45,808 nucleotides of DNA from NCBI GenBank assembly GCA_050049995.1, contig JASFVE010000004.1, forward strand, positions 1 to 45,808, given 5' to 3'. Shown here piece by piece: positions 10,305 through 21,803 of the stretch (its first letter is position 1; each line of letters begins with the position of its first letter). This DNA comes from Chlamydiota bacterium (lineage in GTDB: Bacteria > Chlamydiota > Chlamydiia > Chlamydiales > SM23-39). The notes beneath the pieces were generated by a model. It had not been told where the DNA came from, did not search any database, and worked only from the letters and a program-made list of their open reading frames with translations. Position numbers and translations under genes: made by a program.

Positions 10305-11126
10305 TTAACCTCTTTTAGGAAATTGAGAGTAATCAGGTTTTCTTTTTTCTATAAATGCATTCTTTCCTTCTTGACCTTCTTGGCTCATGTAATAAAGCAT
10401 TGTTGCATTTCCAGCGAGTTCTTGCAGTCCAGCTTGACCGTCACAATCTGCATTGAAAGCTGACTTTAAACATCGTAAAGCAATAGGTGAGTGGCAGAGA
10501 ATCTCTTTACACCACTGAATAGTTGTCTCTTCCAGATTTTCGTAGGGAACAACGCAGTTGACGAGTCCCATTTCTAATGCCTCTTGAGCACTATACTGAC
10601 GGCATAAATACCAGATTTCCCGAGCTTTTTTTTGCCCTACAATTCTTGATAGGTAACTAGCTCCATAGCCGCCATCAAAAGAGCCTACTTTAGGTCCTGT
10701 TTGACCAAACTTGGCGTTGTCAGCTGCAATAGTTAAGTCGCACATGATATGAAGAACATGTCCTCCTCCAATTGCATAACCTGCTACCATGGCTATAATA
10801 GGTTTGGGGCAGCTTCTTATTTGTTTTTGAAAGTCTAAGACATTTAAACGGTGAGCACCTTTGCTATCTTTGTAACCAGCTTCACCCCTAATTTTCTGGT
10901 CTCCTCCAGAGCAGAACGCATCTTTGCCTTCTCCTGTCAGAATAATCACACCAATAGATTCATCATGTCTTGCCTTATTTAAAGCATCACACATCTCTTC
11001 AACAGTGAGGGGAGTAAATGCATTTCTAACATGGGGGCGGTTAATGGTAATTTTGGCAATTCCTTCCATCTTGTGGAAAGTAATTTCTTCATAATTACCA
11101 GATTCAATCCAATGAAATTGTGACAT
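10305..11126 (-). CDS. menB: 1,4-dihydroxy-2-naphthoyl-CoA synthase
   Basis: [56 protein letters not shown]. Confidence 0.97.
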   Translation of the reverse strand: MSQFHWIESGNYEEITFHKMEGIAKITINRPHVRNAFTPLTVEEMCDALNKARHDESIGVIILTGEGKDAFCSGGDQKIRGEAGYKDSKGAHRLNVLDFQKQIRSCPKPIIAMVAGYAIGGGHVLHIMCDLTIAADNAKFGQTGPKVGSFDGGYGASYLSRIVGQKKAREIWYLCRQYSAQEALEMGLVNCVVPYENLEETTIQWCKEILCHSPIALRCLKSAFNADCDGQAGLQELAGNATMLYYMSQEGQEGKNAFIEKRKPDYSQFPKRG

Positions 11127-11862
11127 GTAATACCTCTTTTATTGTTTGTGCAAGATGCTTGGGCTCTTCAATATGAATGACATGGCCTGCATCCTGAATT
11201 TTTATAAATTTTATGTTTAAACTTTCATAATATCTGCAATATTTATCGTCTTTTTCTCCAGCTATAATAGTAAGGTTGGAAGAGGGTTTATAGACAGGTT
11301 GTTTTGTTAGAGAAAAAGCTTTAAGCGCTAAAAGCATATTATTCTGATTATTATGTAATCTTCGCTGGACTGTTGTCGTAAATTTGGGGTGTTTTCTGAA
11401 AGAGGTAAATAAAGGATTTTTATACCAGTTATTGATAAAATCACCAAATGAAAGAGTTTCTAGTTTTCGGCAAATGTTCTCTTCCTGAATGCGCCTATCA
11501 TGTATTTGCTCGTGGCAAGAAAGGCCAAAGTGAGATCCCATAACAATAGTTTTATATTTTTGTTGTGTAGCCTGTTGAAAAACATGTGCAATTCTTCCTC
11601 CCATGGAATAGCCGATAAAAATAGGATTTTCTAAATTTTGGATGAATACTTGTATTTGTTGGCAAATGTTATCAAAGGAATCCAAAGCTGAAGTAAATGT
11701 AGTATGCCCGTGTCCAGGAAGATCTATGCTAATGCAGAAAAAATCATTTAAAAGATATTGGATTGTATCATCAAAATCATCTTTATTTCCTAAAAACCCG
11801 TGAAGGAAGACAAGTGGCTGTTTTCTAGGGTTTCCTTGTTCTTTAAAAGCAAACATTCGCAA
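11104..11862 (-). CDS. menH: SHCHC synthase (alpha/beta hydrolase)
   Basis: LHGFLG, IDLPGHG, GYSMGGR nucleophile elbow, GEKDDKY, AGHVIH; lies between menD and menB. Confidence 0.88.
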   Translation of the reverse strand: MRMFAFKEQGNPRKQPLVFLHGFLGNKDDFDDTIQYLLNDFFCISIDLPGHGHTTFTSALDSFDNICQQIQVFIQNLENPIFIGYSMGGRIAHVFQQATQQKYKTIVMGSHFGLSCHEQIHDRRIQEENICRKLETLSFGDFINNWYKNPLFTSFRKHPKFTTTVQRRLHNNQNNMLLALKAFSLTKQPVYKPSSNLTIIAGEKDDKYCRYYESLNIKFIKIQDAGHVIHIEEPKHLAQTIKEVLHVTISLD

Positions 11863-13535
11863 GCCTTAAAAATTTGTTTATGGTGTGCCAGATTATCAAC
11901 ACGAGATGTTTTGAATTCAATGATTTGTGTGCTATTCATAGGGTTATTACTTAAAAATTCTAAATAGGATTTTTTATCTTCAATGCATTGATAAGAAATT
12001 CCAAATAGCTCGGCTGCTTTTTGAAAGGTAAGTCCGTGGCTAGTAATAAAAAAAGTCTCAAAATATTCTTTATTGGAGCTGATAGGAAGATGGCTAAAAA
12101 TTTCACCTCCATCATTATTTAAGACAAAAAAAGTTACGGGATACTTAGCTGATTTGGCAAAGGCTAGTGAGTTAAGGTCATGTAAAAAAGTAAGGTCTCC
12201 TATAATACTGATGATAGGCGAGTGAAGTGCGTTAGCAAGACCAAAAATCATAGCAATGTTGCCGTCAATTCCAGAAACACCTCTAGAAGTTTGAATGGAA
12301 ACAGGCTTATTTTTGCTAAAGAAAAAAGCATGAGCATCTCTAATAGGCATACTATTGCCTAGAAATAGACTTGTATTTGTAGGGAAATTTTTTCCTAAGT
12401 GGTGATGAATATAAGGCTCTGTCAAATTCGCAAATTGGTCAATTTCTATCCTAATTTGTTGGGCAATTTTGTTATTAGCTTCTTGTAACTCACTTACCCA
12501 ATCTGCTTGGTTAGAAGTAGGAAGTAAAGGACTTAATTGACGACAAAACTGAGTAGGGGAGCAACTGACCCTGCAAGATACAAGTTGAAATTCATCTACT
12601 CTTTTTCCCGTAGAAGAAACTAAAAAATAGTTGTGTAATTTTGCTTTTTTTATCCAATTATTAACTGCTTTAGAAACGATTCTGTCCCCAAATTGAATAA
12701 CGTTATGAACTTTTTCAAATAGTGAACTATCAATTTTTAAAAGGTTCGGCATTTGACACAGTTCTAGTTCATGTTTTTCAAAACATCTACTTTGCGAGGT
12801 AATATCTGCATAAATCGGCCAATTGATTGTAGAGGCAAAAGTATAAACATCCTTAACTTGGTCTGCTGGAAGATTACCAAGGATAATTAATCCCTTCTTC
12901 TCTTTTGAAAAAGTGTCTGCTATTTTCAAAAGATCTTTATCATGAAGTACATGGTCCGCTGATACATAAGCAGCTTTTGGTATGCTTGGGTAAGTATTCT
13001 GGTTATTAAAAAGAGGTTCTCGGAACTGACAATTAAGGTGGACAGGACCAGACCTTGTCTTTTCAACTGCAAAGCTAATTAATGACTTGATGTAGTTCAA
13101 TGTAATCGAACTTGTTGGGCAGGGGATATCAGCCTGCCACCTAGTAAAGTTTTGAAAGATTTTTACCTGATCGATAGATTGATTAGCAAAACAGTCTCTA
13201 AGCTCAGGAGGTCTATCTGCTGTAAGAATAAGCAAAGGGAGTTGGCTCTGGTCTGCTTCCATTATAGCAGGCAAAAGGTTTCCGACAGCAGATCCAGAGG
13301 TGACAACAATGACTACTGGCTCTTTATGTAACTTTGAATAGCCAAGTGCATGGAAAGCAAGTCCTCTTTCATCAAAATGAATCGTGGTATGAGCTTTTTT
13401 ATGTGATGCTATAGCTAAAGTAAGGGGGGTGCTTCTAGATCCAGGGGCAATCCAAAACTTTGTTATATTATGCTGAATAAACAGGTCTATGATATGAAAT
13501 GCCCATTTATCATTTTGTTGTCCAATCTCAAGCAT
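11790..13535 (-). CDS. menD: SEPHCHC synthase (ThDP-dependent)
   Basis: PGSRSTPL, FDERGLAFHALG, TSGSAVGNLLPA, LTADRPPEL, GNSMPIRD, RGVSGIDG, GDLTFLHD, NNDGGEIF. Confidence 0.96.
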   Translation of the reverse strand: MLEIGQQNDKWAFHIIDLFIQHNITKFWIAPGSRSTPLTLAIASHKKAHTTIHFDERGLAFHALGYSKLHKEPVVIVVTSGSAVGNLLPAIMEADQSQLPLLILTADRPPELRDCFANQSIDQVKIFQNFTRWQADIPCPTSSITLNYIKSLISFAVEKTRSGPVHLNCQFREPLFNNQNTYPSIPKAAYVSADHVLHDKDLLKIADTFSKEKKGLIILGNLPADQVKDVYTFASTINWPIYADITSQSRCFEKHELELCQMPNLLKIDSSLFEKVHNVIQFGDRIVSKAVNNWIKKAKLHNYFLVSSTGKRVDEFQLVSCRVSCSPTQFCRQLSPLLPTSNQADWVSELQEANNKIAQQIRIEIDQFANLTEPYIHHHLGKNFPTNTSLFLGNSMPIRDAHAFFFSKNKPVSIQTSRGVSGIDGNIAMIFGLANALHSPIISIIGDLTFLHDLNSLAFAKSAKYPVTFFVLNNDGGEIFSHLPISSNKEYFETFFITSHGLTFQKAAELFGISYQCIEDKKSYLEFLSNNPMNSTQIIEFKTSRVDNLAHHKQIFKACECLLLKNKETLENSHLSSFTGF

Positions 13536-14586
13536 TTAACATCTCGTAAATCCACCTTGTTTTACTATCTAATTCTTCCCATTCACTTTGTGGTTGTGAA
13601 TCTTTTACAAGGCCTGTCCCGGCAAAGACTTGTATAGTGTCATTTTTAATTAGGCAAGATCTTATACCAACAGCAAATTCACTTTTGGCTTTACTAGCTC
13701 TTCCAATGGGAGCTGCGTAATAATTTCTAGCAAAAGGCTCATTTTTTTCAATGAAGGCCAAAGCATCATTTACAGGTATACCACCTACTGCCGGAGTGGG
13801 GTGGAATTTTTTCAACAAGCTCCAGTCGCTTAGTTGTTCTTTTAACTGTCCTTTAAAGGTTTTTTGAAAGTGCTGAACCCAAGGAGTCTTAAGTATATTT
13901 AGTTCGGATTTTTTATAATTTTTGCATAGCTCCATAAAGTTATCGCTTAAAAAATTATCTACATAGGAAAACTCTTCTATATCCTTTTTACTATTTACAA
14001 ATTCATGGAAAATCTGCCTATTTTCAGACTCTGTTTTTCCAAGTTTTCTAGTTCCTGCGATAGCTTCACTAAAAATAGTGTCTTCTTCTCTCATAAAAAG
14101 GGTTTCAGGAGATGCCCCTAAGAGAGTGGTGCCTTCATGGGGTTGGTAAAAAAATAAATGAGCTGAACCTGCTTTTTTTTCTAATCTTTGCATAAGTAAA
14201 AAAGGACAAATGGTTTTATCCAATTTTAGATAGGTAGTTCTAGCTAGAACTACCTTTTGAATATCCTTTGCTTTGAGAAGTAAGTTTTTCCATAAAGAAA
14301 AATCAGGAAGAAAAGATTTATGGATAATTTCATATTTTTCCGAACTATCATCAAACTTTTCAAAAGGTTGGAATGAACTTATCTCATATTTGGGAATCCA
14401 TATGTTCATATTGTTAAGTTCAAAGTCGAAAACGCAGTTAGCACAATGCTTACTTGGTGTTAACTTGGAAAGTTTTTTTTTAACGCCTGAGCTTGCTATG
14501 CTTTCTTGAGAATGTTTATTTTTCCAGTAAAATTTAGGGTATTCTTTTTGGCTTTTAAGCCAAGTTAGACAATTTTGATGATTCAT
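13528..14586 (-). CDS. menF: Isochorismate synthase
   Basis: KVVLAR, GASPETL, EAIAGT, HPTPAVGG, FAVGIRS, AGTGLV...EWEEL..K chorismate-binding motifs. Confidence 0.92.
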   Translation of the reverse strand: MNHQNCLTWLKSQKEYPKFYWKNKHSQESIASSGVKKKLSKLTPSKHCANCVFDFELNNMNIWIPKYEISSFQPFEKFDDSSEKYEIIHKSFLPDFSLWKNLLLKAKDIQKVVLARTTYLKLDKTICPFLLMQRLEKKAGSAHLFFYQPHEGTTLLGASPETLFMREEDTIFSEAIAGTRKLGKTESENRQIFHEFVNSKKDIEEFSYVDNFLSDNFMELCKNYKKSELNILKTPWVQHFQKTFKGQLKEQLSDWSLLKKFHPTPAVGGIPVNDALAFIEKNEPFARNYYAAPIGRASKAKSEFAVGIRSCLIKNDTIQVFAGTGLVKDSQPQSEWEELDSKTRWIYEMLNA

Positions 14587-15287
14587 TTTTCTGCAATATA
14601 AATGGTAAGAGCTCCAAAACTAAGAGTTTTAAAATGAATATTCTTAAAGTGTGCTTTTTTTAAATGATCGGCAAAGGCATCACCATAAGGAAAGCTTTCA
14701 ATAGTTTCATTTAAGTAAGTGTAAGCAGGGCGATTTTTTGAGATAATACCTCCAATTATAGGTAAGATTTTCCTAAGATAGAAAAGGTGAAGTTTTTTAA
14801 AAAGGGGTCTCTTAGGTAAAGAAAACTCTAAAATTATAGCCCTTCCTTTAGGTTTTAAAACGCGGTGCATCTCCTCTAAAGTTTTGCTCAAGTTACCTAC
14901 ATTTCTAATTCCAAAAGAACAGGTCAAGCAATCAAAAGAATTAGAGTCGAAGGGAATGCTTTGAGCGTCACCTTTTTCTATCTGTACATAGGGAAGATGT
15001 TGTGTTTTTTTTCTAGCAATCTCTAGCATTTTTTCCGAAAGATCGATTCCTATAATTCTTTCGAAAGTTTTTTTTTGTTTGAGCAAGCAAACAATTTGAT
15101 CTCCCGATCCTGTTGCAATATCTAAAAGAGAGAGGTTATCCTTATCAGGTAAAAAGTCTATTAGTTTTTTTCTCCATCTTAAATCACTTCCAAAAGATAA
15201 AATTCGATTGATCAAATCATATTGCAAATAAATTTGATCGAATATTTGATAACTTTTTTCTTTTTTAAAGGTTTCTTGCTGTGTCAT
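14583..15287 (-). CDS. menG: Demethylmenaquinone methyltransferase (UbiE/MenG)
   Basis: FD.I...YDLINRILSFG.D..WR, LLDIATGSGD, FGIRNV, EMHRVLKPKG, AYTYLNETIESFP. Confidence 0.93.
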   Translation of the reverse strand: MTQQETFKKEKSYQIFDQIYLQYDLINRILSFGSDLRWRKKLIDFLPDKDNLSLLDIATGSGDQIVCLLKQKKTFERIIGIDLSEKMLEIARKKTQHLPYVQIEKGDAQSIPFDSNSFDCLTCSFGIRNVGNLSKTLEEMHRVLKPKGRAIILEFSLPKRPLFKKLHLFYLRKILPIIGGIISKNRPAYTYLNETIESFPYGDAFADHLKKAHFKNIHFKTLSFGALTIYIAEK

Positions 15288-15384
15288 TAAAAAACTCGAG
15301 TAAAAAATTAGTATGTTGCTTGTAGCAAAAAAGAATATCAGGCATCAAGTAGAATTTTGTTTTAGGTTTTCATTTTTTTCAAGA

Positions 15385-15413
15385 TTGACTTCTAGCTAGC
15401 TTCATCTTAGAAT
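15385..15413 (+). promoter_or_regulatory. Putative sigma66 promoter for the 15433 gene
   Basis: TTGACT-17 nt-TAGAAT ending 19 nt before the TTG start. Confidence 0.55.
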
Positions 15414-15432
15414 CCTTTTTGGTTAATTTTTT

Positions 15433-17340
15433 TTGAGGAAATTAGTGTCATTAGCGATCAATGCTTTGCGAGGTTTTGGTAATGGCTATCAGCTTGCCAT
15501 CTCTAAAATGAAAGAAGATGAAGTTAGGCAGGGTGGTAATCACTTCTTAGCTAGTTTCCCTCAAATCACTCAAATTACAGCAGTTAGCTATGTTTTATAC
15601 GATAATACTATAGCTCCCCATATAAAAACCGCATGTAAAGTCGTAACATATTTATCAATTCCTCTTTGTCCTTTATTAGGTGCCATAAAAGGAGGAACTT
15701 ATAAAACTTTTGCTACAACGGTTAATAATTTTCGTCTTAAATTACCAGAAAGCTTAGGTAATAAAACATTTGCTATCCTTCCCTTTAAAATACCAGAAAC
15801 CTTAGGTAATAAGATAGTTACTATCCTTAGTTATACGTCTGCCCACATTGGCAATATAGCAGTTGTAGCAACAGCTATTGAATCCATAGCTTTAGTTGTG
15901 ATAGGTAACTATGCTTATGGCATATCTATGCTTGCCGTCATAGGGTATGAAGTTCTGGATAACCAGCTGGGGATAATCCCTAGAAAGGTTAGTCTTTTCA
16001 TGGAAGAATATCTCCCAGTTATTTCTTATATTGGGCTAATAATCAGTAATACAATTCTATTCCAAGCAATAGGAGTGGTTTCTTTCTTACAGAAAAATGC
16101 TTCTTTTCAATGTTTTCTGCAGAAAAAAGTAGACTTAGTAGCTCGTCAGTTCATTGAAATAAGAACTCCTTCTCTTCAAGAATTAGAAGGCCCTTTATAT
16201 CAACATAAAAACCTTACTTTTGATCAGATAAACAGAGTTCTAGGTTCGGAAGATAGTGAATATGAGCTGAACCCCGCTCATTTTTCTAAAAATATTAGTC
16301 TTGATTCGTTGCCTATGAACAACAATTTTAAAGCTTACTTAACTCTTTTTGATTCGATTGAGTGGCGTCAAAAATTTAATCTTTTAAAAGCTAAAGTGAA
16401 AGATGATGATCTTTTTATAAATAGTCTTTTAGAAGATCCAAAAGTACAAAAAGACCTGATAGAAAAGAATATTCCGAAAGAAGATGAGGAAGTAAAAACA
16501 GCCCTTAAAGAGAATATTGAATATTACATTGAGATGATGGCCAACTCTAACGGCCTTTCCAAAGAGCGGTATTTAGAGAGTTGGGCTCGTAGCCAAATGG
16601 AAAAGTTAGTTTCTACCCTTTCGGGAGATACTCGCTTTAAGGGATCGCAGCAAGATGCGAGTGATGCGATTAATTATTGTGCTAAAATACTTTGTTATCT
16701 GTTATCTACTAACAGAGTTGAGAACCAAATTGAATTTGAAGACGCTCTTTTAAGTTTAGCTGTGGAGTGTGGAGATTACTGCGCTAGAGGGGTTAAACGT
16801 CGATCAAGACAACTTCTTGATGGAATTTTAGTAAGGGGCAACCTTAATTTAAGGGATCCTATAAAAAAACATGAGCTTAGAGTTCTTCAGCAGCTGCAGA
16901 ACTTGAGACTTAATATAATGGAACAAGCCTATCAATCCATTATTGAAGTGCTTAAACTACACTCTTCCATATCTAAAGATGTGCATTCATTTGATACATA
17001 TAGATCTTACTTAGCTCTTGGTTTTTTACCCATGACCCATTATGAGCGGAAAGCAATAGGAGTTACTGACGTTTTAATGTGGGAGTCGTATTTTACTATT
17101 CGTGAAAGCATGACCAATGATTATCTAAAAGGAATCAACGATGCAATAGCAGAGTTGGGGAACATTCACTCATCTGATTACATTCGAAGGATTGTCACTG
17201 GTCAGGAAAATCTCACCACCCATCAAAAAGATCAGATATTAGAATTATATTATGGACATTGGTCACCAGATGAGACCAATCATAGATTCAATCGCTTGAT
17301 GTTAGTGATATTAGGTGTTTTACAGCAAAAAAGTGCTTAA
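15433..17340 (+). CDS. Hypothetical membrane-anchored protein, candidate effector with a possible NEL-like Cys module
   Basis: 635-aa ORF; hydrophobic segments in the N-terminal third; helical C-terminal region with LAVECGDYCARG and DVH; own promoter. Confidence 0.75.
   Translation: MRKLVSLAINALRGFGNGYQLAISKMKEDEVRQGGNHFLASFPQITQITAVSYVLYDNTIAPHIKTACKVVTYLSIPLCPLLGAIKGGTYKTFATTVNNFRLKLPESLGNKTFAILPFKIPETLGNKIVTILSYTSAHIGNIAVVATAIESIALVVIGNYAYGISMLAVIGYEVLDNQLGIIPRKVSLFMEEYLPVISYIGLIISNTILFQAIGVVSFLQKNASFQCFLQKKVDLVARQFIEIRTPSLQELEGPLYQHKNLTFDQINRVLGSEDSEYELNPAHFSKNISLDSLPMNNNFKAYLTLFDSIEWRQKFNLLKAKVKDDDLFINSLLEDPKVQKDLIEKNIPKEDEEVKTALKENIEYYIEMMANSNGLSKERYLESWARSQMEKLVSTLSGDTRFKGSQQDASDAINYCAKILCYLLSTNRVENQIEFEDALLSLAVECGDYCARGVKRRSRQLLDGILVRGNLNLRDPIKKHELRVLQQLQNLRLNIMEQAYQSIIEVLKLHSSISKDVHSFDTYRSYLALGFLPMTHYERKAIGVTDVLMWESYFTIRESMTNDYLKGINDAIAELGNIHSSDYIRRIVTGQENLTTHQKDQILELYYGHWSPDETNHRFNRLMLVILGVLQQKSA
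15737..15828 (+). repeat. In-frame 48-bp tandem duplication (2 copies)
   Basis: ttaaattaccagaaagcttaggtaataaaacatttgctatcctt (15737-15780) vs ttaaaataccagaaaccttaggtaataagatagttactatcctt (15785-15828); 6 mismatches in 44 nt; KLPESLGNK / KIPETLGNK. Confidence 0.85.
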
Positions 17341-17481
17341 TGGAGCTTGGAAGCTTTCTAATAAAAATCTCCTTAATTAAATTAAATTCATATGTTATTT
17401 ACTAAATGAATTTTTTAGACATTAGGTTTCCATAAACTATTAAAACCTGTAATCTATTCTCAAACTTTTAAAGGCCTTAAG

Positions 17482-18903
17482 ATGGACTTTGCCCATACTG
17501 AACCTAAGACGAGTTCTCTTGATGATATTTTACAAGAAAGGTTGGAAAAAGCTTTTCATAAGCAAACATCAAAAGTCCATCTCCATGAAATCGCCAAGAT
17601 TGCCAGTGAGCATTCTCCTATTGATTTAGCATATGCAGCTTTGCATCTTCCTTTAAATGTCCGTCCCGTTTTGTATGAAAACCTTCCCAATAGAAAAGCT
17701 AAGCTGAAGTTTATTTTAAATACAGATCATGAAACTAGGACAGGGCTTTTTCGAGCGATGAATGACAAAGAGCTCAAAAAAGTCTTTGAGATGATGCCTA
17801 CGGATGAAGCCGTTTGGGTTATGGAAGACATGTCTGAAAGGCGCTTTCGAAAAGTAATTGGACTTATCGATGCAAAAAAAGCTGCTAAAATTTGTGAGCA
17901 GAAAAGACACGCTAGAAATAGCGCTGGAAGATTAATGACGAGTGATTTTTTTGCTTTTACTATGGATATGACGATAGGGGAAGCATCGCTGCACATAAGA
18001 GATAATCCAAGTATCGATTTATCAAAAGGGATCTTTATTTTAAATGAAGCAGGTGAGTTATTAGGATTTGTAGCTGCAAGGAACATGATTATCAATCCTG
18101 AAGATACTCCTTTAAGAAGAGTGATGAGACCTATACTTCACAAAGTTTCTCCAGAGGCAACAAGAGAAGAGGTGATTGATATTGTAGAGCGCTATAAAGT
18201 TTCTTCTCTTCCTGTAACTGATATAGATAATTTTCTAGTAGGCGTTATCAGTTATGATGATGTTGTAGAGGCGATGGAAGATTCAGCAGACGAGATGATG
18301 GCCCATATTGCAGGTACAAAGGAAAAAGTTGAGGCGCATGAGCCTGTTTTGCGTAGGTTTACTGCTCGCTCCCCTTGGCTTATTGTGACGCTAATTGCAG
18401 GGATAGTAAATGTTGGGGTAATGTCTGCTTTTCAACAGTATGAAAAAGGACTTTTAACTTTTGTCTTATTTTTTGTTCCTTTAATTACAGGTATGTCCGG
18501 AAATATAGGCATTCAATGCAGTACAGTTCTTGTGAGAAATATAGCTACAGGTATGTTTTCAGCAAGTTCTAGAAAAGAAATGATATATAAAGAATTATGT
18601 AGCGGTCTTCTTACAGGTCTTATTTTTGGTATAGGATGTGGAGTGTTAACGTATTTTTTAAATTATTTTTCTAAGGGAGGCATCGGAGCTACTCCTATAA
18701 CAGTTGCTATGATTGTGGGATTTGGTTTGATAGGAGCTTGTTTTGCGGGAACACTGTTAGGCGTGTTTTCGCCGTTATTTTTTTATAAAATTGGAGTGGA
18801 TCCAGCAGTATCATCGGGGCCTATCGTAACTGCTTTTAATGACACATTTTCTATGACAATTTATTTTTTAATTGCATGGTCTGTCAGTAATCTGTTTTTT
18901 TAA
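17482..18903 (+). CDS. mgtE: Magnesium transporter MgtE
   Basis: MgtE N-domain, CBS pair (SAGRLMT...LPVTD..N.LVGVI), TM motifs R.PWL, PLITGMSGNIGIQ, GVDPAVSSGPIVTAFND. Confidence 0.95.
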   Translation: MDFAHTEPKTSSLDDILQERLEKAFHKQTSKVHLHEIAKIASEHSPIDLAYAALHLPLNVRPVLYENLPNRKAKLKFILNTDHETRTGLFRAMNDKELKKVFEMMPTDEAVWVMEDMSERRFRKVIGLIDAKKAAKICEQKRHARNSAGRLMTSDFFAFTMDMTIGEASLHIRDNPSIDLSKGIFILNEAGELLGFVAARNMIINPEDTPLRRVMRPILHKVSPEATREEVIDIVERYKVSSLPVTDIDNFLVGVISYDDVVEAMEDSADEMMAHIAGTKEKVEAHEPVLRRFTARSPWLIVTLIAGIVNVGVMSAFQQYEKGLLTFVLFFVPLITGMSGNIGIQCSTVLVRNIATGMFSASSRKEMIYKELCSGLLTGLIFGIGCGVLTYFLNYFSKGGIGATPITVAMIVGFGLIGACFAGTLLGVFSPLFFYKIGVDPAVSSGPIVTAFNDTFSMTIYFLIAWSVSNLFF

Positions 18904-18909
18904 AAAGAC

Positions 18910-18938
18910 TTGAAGTTTTGAATGTGGTAAAATATAGT
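18910..18938 (+). promoter_or_regulatory. Putative sigma66 promoter of the dciA-gyrB-gyrA-tmk operon
   Basis: TTGAAG-17 nt-TATAGT. Confidence 0.5.
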
Positions 18939-18965
18939 TCGTTTGGGTGATGCTTTAGGTTTTTA

Positions 18966-19283
18966 ATGAGTAATTTTCAAAAAAAGACAACTACTACTTT
19001 TATACAGGTAAAAGACCTACTACCTAAAATTTTAAATAATATAAATGCAGATTGCGTAAATCATCCTAGGGAAATTTTTGCCAAATGGCCAGAAATAATA
19101 GGGGAAAAATTTGCAAAATGGACAAAGCCAGTATCTTTTCAAAAAGGAATTTTAAAAGTGAAAGTTACTAGTGCAGTCCTTTATAGTCTCTTGGTACAAC
19201 AAGAAAAAAAAAGAATACTAAACCAATTGAAAGAACTTTTTCCTAAAGCTTCTATTCGAGATATTTTTTTTCATATTGGTTAA
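18966..19283 (+). CDS. dciA: DUF721/DciA-family protein (replicative helicase loader-like)
   Basis: WPEIIGEKFAKWTKPVSFQKGILKVKV.S pattern typical of DUF721; position upstream of gyrB as in Chlamydia. Confidence 0.8.
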   Translation: MSNFQKKTTTTFIQVKDLLPKILNNINADCVNHPREIFAKWPEIIGEKFAKWTKPVSFQKGILKVKVTSAVLYSLLVQQEKKRILNQLKELFPKASIRDIFFHIG

Positions 19284-19299
19284 ACATAACAATGGTTGA

Positions 19300-21786
<2,487 letters not shown>

Positions 21787-21803
21787 TAAGGAGATAAACT
21801 GCT

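Noticed and set aside
17341..17481. M-box (ykoK) magnesium riboswitch upstream of mgtE
   Set aside because: The region is only ~140 nt, must also hold a promoter, is very AT-rich and shows only short hairpins with no recognisable M-box consensus
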